A stretch of 64,000 nt of DNA, from contig CAWAMW010000013.1 in assembly GCA_963783305.1 (NCBI GenBank), positions 97,919-161,918 of the forward strand, read 5' to 3'. The DNA comes from an uncultured Gemmatimonadales bacterium. GTDB lineage: Bacteria; Gemmatimonadota; Gemmatimonadetes; Longimicrobiales; RSA9. This document shows, in pieces, positions 1-8,824 of this stretch; the stretch's first letter is position 1; every line of letters begins with the position of its first letter. The translations under genes were made by a program, and so were the position numbers. A model generated the notes under the pieces. It had not been told where the DNA came from. It saw only the letters and a list, made by a program, of their open reading frames with translations, and did no database searches.

Positions 1-2478
1 GTCTTCTTCCAACTCGAAGCGCAGCCCGAAGCCGCTGACGTCGTGGCGGGACATGATGGCGCGCTCGAGCCGAGCGGCCGAGAGGTTGGTGGTCTTGATG
101 GTATGGGTGAAGTGGAGGGCGATGCCCTGCACATGGTCGAGGTAGCGCCATGCGTGCTCATCGCTGGTGACCACCCAGAGGACGTCTTCGCGCGTGGCCG
201 CCATCAAGTTTAGGAAGGCCTCGACGGCGGCGAACCCGCCGAGCGCCCGAAGGAACATGGTCTGGGCGTCCTCGACCACGATGACCGTGCGGCCAAGCTT
301 CTGGATCGACGCGGTCAGCTCCCCCCACGACTGGCCGGGCACATCGAGCCCAGCCGCGATTCGCCCGGCCAGGTCATGGGAGCTCCGGCCGGTGCTCGCC
401 AGAGGAACGGTCCGGACTGTCACGTCGCCGAGGAGCTGGCGAGAGGCCATGCGCAGGAGGGTGGTCTTCCCACTTCCCTTCTCGCCCACGACGGCCACGC
501 TCGCCGACTGTCCCCGACCCCACCGGTCGAGAGCCCGGCGGAGAGTATCGATCTCGTCGTCGCGGGCAACCAGGAGCTCTTCCCACGGGACCTCCCCTTC
601 CACATCGAAGAGCTGTCGGTAGAGACCCGGGACACGGATCCGGTGTCGGTCCTCGCCCAGCAGCGACTCTTCCAGCGACTCCAGCATCTCCTCGCGCTCG
701 ACCGTACCGACGCCCAGCCGGCGCTGCGCCCACTCCTGCGTGCGCTCGAACGTCCGTCGACCTGCGGACCAGCCCCGCCGGGAAAGCGCGAGTCCGCTGC
801 CCACGAGGCGTCGGGCCGCCGCGGCCCCGGTCGACAACCGTCGGACCGCCTCCTCCTCCGCGATGTCGGAACGGATACGGAGAAACTCCCGGTCGGCCAC
901 GGCCCGACGGACGTCGTTCGATTCGGCAGTGCTCCTGCGCTCCAGCTCCGGGATCGCGCGCTCGACGGGATCGAGGGCTTCCAGACGGAGGTCCGCGATC
1001 TGGGACGCCGAACGTTCCATGATCCCGACCACCAGCTCCGCGGCCTCCTCCGGGTTGAACGTGCCCTGGAGCGGCGCACGGATGTGAAAATCGACCGCGT
1101 TCCGGACCCGCCCCAGCTCCTTCCGGAGCGCCTGGATCTCGTCGGCGGTGGCGGCCAGTGTCCGCTCGACCCAGCGGGGAAGGGCGCCCCGGCAACTGGC
1201 CGCGAGCAGCTCCGCCAGCGGAGCTTCGCGGAGATCCAGGCGGACGGGCTGCTCCGGCACCCGGAGGATGCGACGCTCCGAGATCCGCAGGTCAGCGGGG
1301 ACCGTCTCCGGGATCCGGTCCAGCGCGGCGACAAAGGCCGCGGCCACGTCCGCCAGCTCTTCCGCCAGACGATCGAGGTGCGGCAACTCCAGCTGGAACA
1401 GCTCCTCCGCCTCGGCTCGGAGCGCCTCCACGGCCTCGGGATCGGAAGACCGTCGAACGTCCTCCAGCTCCAACCGAGCCTCGGCCGCCCGGGCGAGCGC
1501 CGAGAGGCCGGCGGCCAGCCGGTCGAGCGGGTCCCGCGCGTGCTCGTCCAGCGCCGCCCCGAGCTCCAGGACGGCCCGGGCCGAAGCCGCCTCCAGAGCG
1601 GCGAGCGCGCCGGCCAGCGCGGCCTCCGACGTGGTGTTGGCGTGGAGGGCGGCCTCGAACGACTCCCACTCCGTGACCAGACGTCCACGGCGCTCGGCTC
1701 CCCGCTCGACCATCCCCTCCGCCTGGTGCTCTCGGATGTGGACGGCAGGGGCGGCGAACGCCCGGGCCAGTCCATCCTCGATATCGGCGAGGGCTCCGTC
1801 GAGCTCGGCCTCTGCCGCCGCGAGGGTGGCGGTGATCGGGTCCGACGAGTCGGCGGTCAGGACGGGGTCTTCGGCCTGCCCCGGGGGGTCGACGCGCCGG
1901 TGGAACTCCGCCCGGATGGCCGCCAGCGCCACACTGTCCAGGCTGGCAGCGAGGCTGACCATCGGCTCGAGCCGGATTCCGAGCTGGGCCAGGTAGACCC
2001 GGACCAGCGCCCCGGCCGGGATCTCCCGCGGCTTCGAACTCCGGAGGGATCCGCCCAGGCGCTGCCCCAGGAGCGGCCGGATGAACGCATCCGGCGCCGG
2101 ACCACCCGTCGCCACAGGCTCGAGTGTGATCGTGTCCGGGACCTCCACCCGGGTGTCGGGGAGGCCGTCGACGATGGACAGCAGCCTGGCCCGCGCTCGA
2201 TCGGCGGGGTCGAGCAGGTCGGGTCTGAAGCTGGCCGTGAAACGGTCGACGTACGCGAGCCGCTCCCGTGGCAAAAGTCCGGCGCGGGCGTCCGCCGCGC
2301 CTCCAGTGGGCTCGTCGCCTGTTTCCGTGCGTGGCCGTGGCCCGGGCTCCTCGGCGAGGGCGGCCATGTCCCGAAGTATGCTCCGCAGTGCGTCACCGTA
2401 CTCCCCGAGCGCCTGGCGGAGCGGCTGGCGAGCGGCCTCTTCGAGAGCGGTGGAGAAGCGGGACTGGATGTCGCTCAC
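1..2478 (-). CDS. Large helical/coiled-coil protein with C-terminal P-loop (AAA/STAND-like) ATPase domain; runs off the left edge (>826 aa)
   Basis: Absent from the ORF track because it has no stop in the window. Hand translation from GTG at 2478 (overlapping the mscS stop, GTGA) is open to base 1: MSDIQSRFSTALEEAARQ...ELLVARDDEIDTLRRALDRW..SVAVVGEKGSGKTTLL (Walker A, ~463-486)...TVIVVEDAQTMFLRALGGF (Walker B). Confidence 0.85.
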   Translation of the reverse strand, partial: MSDIQSRFSTALEEAARQPLRQALGEYGDALRSILRDMAALAEEPGPRPRTETGDEPTGGAADARAGLLPRERLAYVDRFTASFRPDLLDPADRARARLLSIVDGLPDTRVEVPDTITLEPVATGGPAPDAFIRPLLGQRLGGSLRSSKPREIPAGALVRVYLAQLGIRLEPMVSLAASLDSVALAAIRAEFHRRVDPPGQAEDPVLTADSSDPITATLAAAEAELDGALADIEDGLARAFAAPAVHIREHQAEGMVERGAERRGRLVTEWESFEAALHANTTSEAALAGALAALEAASARAVLELGAALDEHARDPLDRLAAGLSALARAAEARLELEDVRRSSDPEAVEALRAEAEELFQLELPHLDRLAEELADVAAAFVAALDRIPETVPADLRISERRILRVPEQPVRLDLREAPLAELLAASCRGALPRWVERTLAATADEIQALRKELGRVRNAVDFHIRAPLQGTFNPEEAAELVVGIMERSASQIADLRLEALDPVERAIPELERRSTAESNDVRRAVADREFLRIRSDIAEEEAVRRLSTGAAAARRLVGSGLALSRRGWSAGRRTFERTQEWAQRRLGVGTVEREEMLESLEESLLGEDRHRIRVPGLYRQLFDVEGEVPWEELLVARDDEIDTLRRALDRWGRGQSASVAVVGEKGSGKTTLLRMASRQLLGDVTVRTVPLASTGRSSHDLAGRIAAGLDVPGQSWGELTASIQKLGRTVIVVEDAQTMFLRALGGFAAVEAFLNLMAATREDVLWVVTSDEHAWRYLDHVQGIALHFTHTIKTTNLSAARLERAIMSRHDVSGFGLRFELEED

Positions 2479-3398
2479 GCGGACTCCGACGTGGCTGCAG
2501 GTCGGGTCCGGCGCATCCCGGCCATGTCGTCGTCGGAAATGAGGCCGGCGTCCATGAGCCCCCGCTTGGCCCGGGCGGAGACATCGGCGAGGAAGAGGGT
2601 CTCGAGCCGGTGGTCGTAGACGTATGCGCGGATGAAGACCCGTGTGAGGAACCGGTTCCCGGCGATCTCCTCCCGGGTCTCGATGGTGACCGGCTTGGCG
2701 GCGTAGACGAACGGCGAAGTGATGGCCGCCTCCCGGGCAATGCGCCGGAGGGCGAGGGGATCGCTGAAGGACGGGACGGTGAGCTGCACCACGACCATGC
2801 AGTCGAGGGCACCGGAGTTGGCGTTCAGGACCGGCTGGCTCACCACCTCGGCGTTGGGGACGGCCACGAGAGTGTCGTCCCGGGTCCGGAGCAGGGTGGC
2901 GCGCAGCCCGATCCCCACCACCTCCCCATGGTGGTCCCCGATGTCGATGAGGTCGCCCACCTGGAACGGCCGGTCCAGGAGGATGACCAGGCCGCCGAAG
3001 ACATTCTTGAGCACGTCCTGAGCGGCGAAGCCCACGCCGACGCCAATGGTGGCCCAGAGCGCGATCAGCGATTCCCGGGACGGCTGGACGATTCCCGCGA
3101 CGATGACGTAGATCGCCATGATCCACAGGGAGATCCGGGCAACGGCAACGAACTGGAGGAGGAGGGGGCGGTGTCGCGGGAGACGAGTGGCCATTGCCTC
3201 CAGGACGAACTTGGCCAGCTTGATGACGTGGAACGTCACCACCAGCACCACGATCATCCAGAGGATATCGGACCCGGAGATCACGGCCCCGATCTGCTCC
3301 GCGCGGTCACGCACCTCGTCGAGGGCGTCCGACACCTGCTGGAGCACAGCGAGAGCGGGAAGACCGGCGGCAGCGAAGATCGGGGGCATGACCATCAT
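2475..3398 (-). CDS. mscS: Small-conductance mechanosensitive channel (MscS family)
   Basis: Three TM segments, then GVGFAAQDVLKNVFGG..LDRPFQVGDLI..GEVVGIGLRAT..VPNAEV MscS signature. Confidence 0.9.
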   Translation of the reverse strand: MMVMPPIFAAAGLPALAVLQQVSDALDEVRDRAEQIGAVISGSDILWMIVVLVVTFHVIKLAKFVLEAMATRLPRHRPLLLQFVAVARISLWIMAIYVIVAGIVQPSRESLIALWATIGVGVGFAAQDVLKNVFGGLVILLDRPFQVGDLIDIGDHHGEVVGIGLRATLLRTRDDTLVAVPNAEVVSQPVLNANSGALDCMVVVQLTVPSFSDPLALRRIAREAAITSPFVYAAKPVTIETREEIAGNRFLTRVFIRAYVYDHRLETLFLADVSARAKRGLMDAGLISDDDMAGMRRTRPAATSESA

Positions 3399-3460
3399 CT
3401 TGCAGTGCCACCCACCGCCGCGCCAGCTTCGCGCCCGTCCGGACCCCGATCACGCACTGC

Positions 3461-4750
3461 CTACCCGCGCTTCGTTCGCCCCTTCAGGAAGTCGCGCATG
3501 ACGTACTGTCCGAGTGTCATGGTGCTGGTGAAGTAGGCTCGGCCGCGAGCCATGCGGCCCACCCGGGCCACGAACTCGACCAGCGCCGGGTCGCGCGCCA
3601 GCATGAACGTGTTGATCACGATCCCGCTCTTCCGGCACGCGGCGACCTCCCGGAACGTCTCGCGGAGCACGAACGGGTCGAGGCCCGCCGGGTTCTTGTA
3701 GACGCGGCCATCGGGCATGGTCACCGCGCTGGGCTTCCCATCGGTGATCATGATGATCTGCTGCATGTCCTTCTTCTGCCCGCGCAGCATGCGTCTCGCG
3801 AGCTTCAGGCCCTCGGCCGTGTTGGTGTGATAGGGGCCGACCTGTGTGCGGGCGATGCCCTTCAGCGGCACCTCCTGCGCCCGGTCACCGAAGGTGAGGA
3901 CGCGCAGCGTATCCCCGGGGTACTGGGTCCGGATCAGGTGGCTCAGCGCCAGCGCCACCTTCTTGGCGGGCCCGAACCGATCCTCGCCATAGAGGATCAT
4001 GGAGTGGCTGATATCCAGCATGAGCACCGTGGCGCACGAGCTCCGGTGCTCGGCCTGGTGGACCATGAGGTCGCTGTGGCGCAGGTCGAGCGGGAGAGTG
4101 AGCCCCTCCCGGGCGATGGCGTTCTTGAGCGTGGCCGGGATGTCCAGGTTCATGGTATCACCGAACCGGTACCGCCTGGACGCGGCTTCCGCCTCGATCC
4201 CGGTGGAGAGGTGCGCGGTCTCATGAGCGCCGATGCTGGACCGGCCCAGGCCACCGAGCAGGTCGCGCAGCGTGCGGTATCCCAGGAAGTCCAGCCCCTT
4301 GCCCGTGAGGTTGAACTCGACCTGGCGGGCCGCATCGGCGGCATCGTCGGTCCGGCCCTTCCCCTCCATCTCCTGGAACGACGACGGCATGCCCGTCCCC
4401 TCGTCGAGACTCAGGTAGCCTTCCTCCACCATCCGCTTCACCAGCTCGTCCAGCAGCGCCGCGATCTTCTCCCGGGTCTCCTCCGACCCCTCGCCCTCTC
4501 CCCGCAGCTCCTCCAGCATCTCCGGCGTGAGCTGACCGCTCTCGATCAGAGCCCGGAGCAGCGCATCCTTCAGCGCGTCCAGCGACCGGTCCCCGGACTC
4601 CGGCTGGTCCCATGACCACCACGGCTGGTCCTCCGGCCCGCCGGCGAAGCCCGCCTGAAGGAGGAAATCGCTCAACTGCTCGAGCAGCGACTCCAGGTTC
4701 AGGGCGTCGAGCCAGCTGCCCTTGTACTTGCTGTAGGTCGTGAAGCGCAT
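3461..4750 (-). CDS. VWA (MIDAS) domain protein, chelatase/MoxR-ATPase partner type
   Basis: MIDAS elements LDISHS, TNT and ITDG in the C-terminal half; helical N-terminus. Confidence 0.85.
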   Translation of the reverse strand: MRFTTYSKYKGSWLDALNLESLLEQLSDFLLQAGFAGGPEDQPWWSWDQPESGDRSLDALKDALLRALIESGQLTPEMLEELRGEGEGSEETREKIAALLDELVKRMVEEGYLSLDEGTGMPSSFQEMEGKGRTDDAADAARQVEFNLTGKGLDFLGYRTLRDLLGGLGRSSIGAHETAHLSTGIEAEAASRRYRFGDTMNLDIPATLKNAIAREGLTLPLDLRHSDLMVHQAEHRSSCATVLMLDISHSMILYGEDRFGPAKKVALALSHLIRTQYPGDTLRVLTFGDRAQEVPLKGIARTQVGPYHTNTAEGLKLARRMLRGQKKDMQQIIMITDGKPSAVTMPDGRVYKNPAGLDPFVLRETFREVAACRKSGIVINTFMLARDPALVEFVARVGRMARGRAYFTSTMTLGQYVMRDFLKGRTKRG

Positions 4751-5017
4751 GGCGGTGGCTCCGGTGTAGGGGGTACCGGAAGTTCTACCCTTACGGCGCT
4801 GTGATCAAGCCATCCGGTCCCGGGCAGGTGGAAGCCGGAGGGGAGTCGTCACCAGGGCAGGGCGCCAGGCCGGCGTCGATTCGCGACCAGCGCCGCCTCT
4901 CCCCGGAGGCTCCGCCCTGGCGCACCAGGGCGCACGCTCTGGAGAGCGGCCCGCCAACCTGTTACCGTGACGGGTGCACCGTGATCCGCGTCCCCCGTCC
5001 CGACCCTGGAGGCAAGT

Positions 5018-7672
5018 ATGAAGCGTGCCCGCGATCCCATTGTCGTACCGGCCGTGCTCCTGATGGCCCTGGTCCTGTCGGCGTGCGCGGTGGCCTCCAC
5101 GGATGCTGGCCCCGCTGAGGCGGCGCCTGTCCCGTCCGCCCCCGAGTACGACGTGGTCATTCGCGGGGGGGTGGTGTACGACGGGACGGGCGCGGCCGGG
5201 GTGGTGGCGGACGTGGGGGTGCGAGGCGACCGGATCGTCGCCGTGGGCGACCTGGGTGAGGCGCGAGGGGCGGAAGAGCTCGATGCCGCGGGGCTCGCCG
5301 TGGCGCCGGGGTTCATCAACATGCTGAGCTGGGCGACGGAGTCGCTGATCGAGGACGGTCGGTCGCAGGGCGACATCCGGCAGGGCGTGACGCTGGAGGT
5401 GTTCGGCGAGGGGTGGTCGATGGGACCGCTGTCGGACACGATGAAGACGGTGGAGCGGGCGCAGCAGGGCGATATCCGGTACGACATCGAGTGGACCACG
5501 CTGGGGGAGTACCTGGAGCACCTGGAGCGGAGGGGCATCTCGACGAACGTGGCCTCGTTCGTGGGCGCGACCACCGTCCGCATCCACGAGGTGGGGCAGG
5601 AAGACCGGGCCCCCACACCGGCGGAGCTGGAGCGGATGCGGAGTCTGGTCCGGGAGGCGATGCGGGAGGGCGCGCTGGGGGTCGGGTCGTCGCTCATCTA
5701 CGCGCCGGCGTTCTACGCGGAGACCGACGAGCTCATCGCGCTGGCGGAAGAGGCGGGCCGGTACGGCGGGATGTACATCTCGCACCTGCGCAGCGAAGGC
5801 AACGGGCTCCTGAAGGCGGTGGACGAGCTGATCACCATCGCCCGTGAGGCCGGGGTGCCGGCGGAGATCTACCACCTGAAGCAGGCCGGTACGGACAACT
5901 GGCCGAAGCTGGACTCGGTGATCGCGCGGGTGGAAGCGGCGCGGGCGGAGGGGCTGCGGATCACCACCGACATGTACACCTACACGGCGGGTGCGACGGG
6001 GCTGGACGCGGCGATGCCGCCATGGGTGCAGGAGGGCGGCCTGGAGGAGTGGCGGCGGAGGCTCCAGGACCCGGAGATCCGCGCCCGCGTGCTGCGGGAG
6101 ATGCGCACCCCGACCGACGAGTGGGAGAGCCTCTACCTCCTCGCCGGCTCCCCGGAGCGGGTGCTCCTCGTGGGTTTCCGACAGGACTCGCTGAAGTACC
6201 TGACGGGGAAGAGCATCGCCGAGGTCGCGGCCATGCGTGGGACCTCGCCCGAGGAGGTGGCCATGGACCTGGTGGTCCAGGACGACAGCCGCGTGGGCAC
6301 CGTGTACTTCCTCATGTCGGAGGAGAACGTCGCCCGGCAGGTCGCGCTGCCCTGGATGAGCTTCGGGTCCGACGCCGGGTCCCTCACCACCGAAGGCGTC
6401 TTCCTGGGCTCCAACCCGCACCCGCGGGCGTACGGCAACTTCGCCCGGCTCCTCGGCCGCTACGTGCGGGAGCAGCGGGTGATCCCACTGGAGGAAGCGG
6501 TGCGGAAGCTCACATCCCTGCCCGCCCGGAACCTGGCGCTCCGCGATCGGGGCGAGCTGCGGCCCGGGTTCTTCGCGGACATCGTGGTGTTCGACCCCGC
6601 TACGATCACCGACCACGCCACCTTCCAGGAGCCTCACCAGTACGCCACGGGTGTCCAGGACGTGTTCGTGAACGGCGTGCAGGTGCTCCGTGATGGCGAG
6701 CACACGGGAGCGCTGCCGGGGCGGGTGGTGCGGGGTCCGGGCTGGCGCGGGTGGAGTGAGAGCGCGGCGCGCCCGTCGTCGCTCGAGGCTCTGGGGCGGC
6801 GGCTGGAGGAGCGGCTCGCGGACGTGCCGGGAGAGGTGAGCGTAGCGCTGGTCGACGTGGAGACCGGTGAGCGGATCGGGATCAACGACGACGTGGTCAT
6901 GCACGCCGCCAGCACCATGAAGGTGCCGGTCCTGCTGGAACTGTATCGGCAGGCGGCGGAAGGAAGATACTCGCTGGACGACGCGGTCGTCGTACGGGAC
7001 ACGTTCATCAGCATCGCGGATGGCAGCCGTTACGCGGTGGGCCGTGAGGACGACAGTGAGCAGGAGCTGTACGGGCTGATCGGGCAGGGAGTGGCGCGGG
7101 GCGAGCTGGCGCGGCGGATGATCGTCCGGTCATCGAACCTCGCCACCAACCTGCTCATCGAGGAGGTGGACGCGGCCGCGGTGCGGCGCACGCTCGAGGC
7201 GATGGGGGCCGCCGACGTGAACGTGCTCCGGGGCGTTGAGGACATCCCCGCGTACCGACGCGGGCTGAACAACACCACCACCGCGGCTGGGCTGGCCACG
7301 GTGCTGGCGGCCCTGGCACGATGCGAGGCCGGCGACGTGGCCCCGGCGCTGCGCCCGCTGCAACCGGCCGACTGCGCCGCGATGGTGGACGTCCTGGCCG
7401 CGCAGGAGTTTGCCGAGCGCATCCCGGCGGGCGTGCCCGAGGGCGTGCGGGTGGCCAACAAGACCGGGTGGATCACCGGGATCGACCACGACTCCGCCAT
7501 CATCTACCCGCCGGGGAGGGGGCCGTACGTGCTGGTGGTGCTGACGCGCGGGGTGGAAGGCGCCGGCGTGAGCGGCGCCACCATCCGGGACGTGTCGCGG
7601 CTGGCGTGGGAGGGGCTGACCGGAGCGGAATCAGGCTCCACGCCGGAGTCTCCGACCCGGCCGCGGAGGTAG
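5018..7672 (+). CDS. Lipoprotein: N-acyl-D-amino-acid deacylase (amidohydrolase) fused to a class A beta-lactamase-like serine hydrolase
   Basis: Lipobox LSAC; YDVVIRGGVVYDGTG..APGFIN..ISHLR..IYHLK..GSDAG..HPRAYGNF..ADIVVFD amidohydrolase motifs; C-terminal ASTMK (SxxK), SSN and KTG motifs. Confidence 0.85.
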   Translation: MKRARDPIVVPAVLLMALVLSACAVASTDAGPAEAAPVPSAPEYDVVIRGGVVYDGTGAAGVVADVGVRGDRIVAVGDLGEARGAEELDAAGLAVAPGFINMLSWATESLIEDGRSQGDIRQGVTLEVFGEGWSMGPLSDTMKTVERAQQGDIRYDIEWTTLGEYLEHLERRGISTNVASFVGATTVRIHEVGQEDRAPTPAELERMRSLVREAMREGALGVGSSLIYAPAFYAETDELIALAEEAGRYGGMYISHLRSEGNGLLKAVDELITIAREAGVPAEIYHLKQAGTDNWPKLDSVIARVEAARAEGLRITTDMYTYTAGATGLDAAMPPWVQEGGLEEWRRRLQDPEIRARVLREMRTPTDEWESLYLLAGSPERVLLVGFRQDSLKYLTGKSIAEVAAMRGTSPEEVAMDLVVQDDSRVGTVYFLMSEENVARQVALPWMSFGSDAGSLTTEGVFLGSNPHPRAYGNFARLLGRYVREQRVIPLEEAVRKLTSLPARNLALRDRGELRPGFFADIVVFDPATITDHATFQEPHQYATGVQDVFVNGVQVLRDGEHTGALPGRVVRGPGWRGWSESAARPSSLEALGRRLEERLADVPGEVSVALVDVETGERIGINDDVVMHAASTMKVPVLLELYRQAAEGRYSLDDAVVVRDTFISIADGSRYAVGREDDSEQELYGLIGQGVARGELARRMIVRSSNLATNLLIEEVDAAAVRRTLEAMGAADVNVLRGVEDIPAYRRGLNNTTTAAGLATVLAALARCEAGDVAPALRPLQPADCAAMVDVLAAQEFAERIPAGVPEGVRVANKTGWITGIDHDSAIIYPPGRGPYVLVVLTRGVEGAGVSGATIRDVSRLAWEGLTGAESGSTPESPTRPRR

Positions 7673-7676
7673 CCGG

Positions 7677-8738
7677 TTGGACCGATCGTCCGCGGAGCGT
7701 CCGCTCGCCGAAGCGCTGCTCGACCATTTCGATGTCCACCGCCGCCCCATGCCATGGCGCGAGACCTCAGACCCGTACGCCATCTGGGTGAGCGAGGTCA
7801 TGCTCCAGCAGACGCGGGTCGATACCGTTGTCCCGTACTGGGAGCGGTGGCTGGAGCGGTTCCCCACGGTCGGGGCGTTGGCGGATGCGGAACTGGACGA
7901 CGTCCTGAAGCACTGGGAGGGGCTCGGCTACTATTCCCGCGCCCGCAACCTCCACAGCGCCGCGCGCGTGGTACGGGAGCGCTACGACGGCGCGGTGCCG
8001 AGCGAGCCCGAGGAGCTTCGCCGACTGCCCGGCGTGGGCGAGTACACGGCGGGGGCCGTGGCGAGCATCGCGTTCGGCGTGCCCGAGCCGGCCGTGGATG
8101 GCAACGTCCGCAGAGTCCTTTCCCGGCTCTACGACCTGGAAGCGCCCACCGCCCGCGAGCTTCGGGATCTCGCCGCGGCGCTGGTGCCGCAGGACCGGCC
8201 GGGCGACTTCAACCAGGCGCTGATGGAGCTGGGCGCCACCGTCTGCTCGCCCCGCAGCCCCGACTGCGCCCGATGCCCCGTGGCCGACCGGTGCGCCGCT
8301 CGCCGCCTGGGCGTGCAGGAGCTGCGGCCGCGACCGGCATCGCGGAAGGCGGTCCCGGTAGAGGCGGTGCGGACACTGGTGCTCGTGCGGCCCGATGGAT
8401 CGCTCCTTCTGGTCCGGCGTCCGCTGGACGGACTGCTCGGAGGACTGTGGGAGTTCCCAGCCGTGGCCGGCCTCGACCATGTTCCCGGAGCCGCGGTGGC
8501 GGTCACCGCGGCCGACACCCCCGGTCGCGCCTCGGCGCTGGCCGCGGTGATGCACGCCTTCTCGCACAAGCGGGTGACCTACGAGCCGGTCCTGATCGGG
8601 CTCACGGCAGCGGAATCGGCCGGAGTCGAGGCGTCCGAGACAGTGCGGTGGGCAGCGCCCGACGCCCTGAGCGACTACGCCCTCCCCGTGGCGCAGCAGA
8701 AGATCGCGCGGCTGGTTATGGCGGCCCTCGGCCGCTGA
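7677..8738 (+). CDS. mutY: A/G-specific adenine glycosylase MutY
   Basis: VSEVMLQQT, WEGLGYYSRARNL, HhH LPGVGEYTA, VDGNV, Fe-S motif CxxxxxxCxxCxxxxxC, C-terminal NUDIX-like GLWEFP. Confidence 0.95.
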   Translation: MDRSSAERPLAEALLDHFDVHRRPMPWRETSDPYAIWVSEVMLQQTRVDTVVPYWERWLERFPTVGALADAELDDVLKHWEGLGYYSRARNLHSAARVVRERYDGAVPSEPEELRRLPGVGEYTAGAVASIAFGVPEPAVDGNVRRVLSRLYDLEAPTARELRDLAAALVPQDRPGDFNQALMELGATVCSPRSPDCARCPVADRCAARRLGVQELRPRPASRKAVPVEAVRTLVLVRPDGSLLLVRRPLDGLLGGLWEFPAVAGLDHVPGAAVAVTAADTPGRASALAAVMHAFSHKRVTYEPVLIGLTAAESAGVEASETVRWAAPDALSDYALPVAQQKIARLVMAALGR

Positions 8739-8824
8739 GCGGACGGCCGTTCCGTGCGGGCGCCGGGCGGAGCCCGAGAGCGGACGCTTGAGCGCCGGGC
8801 GGCGGCGCAGCACATTGCGTCCCC

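Noticed and set aside
376..2619. 747-aa plus-strand ORF and other ORFs over 1-2600
   Set aside because: Antisense shadow of the real minus-strand ATPase gene; no motifs and Arg/Gly/Pro-biased composition.
6760..7672. Calling the serine hydrolase domain an antibiotic-resistance beta-lactamase
   Set aside because: SxxK/SxN/KTG are shared by many non-resistance penicillin-recognising enzymes, and the class A deacylation motif is not clearly present.
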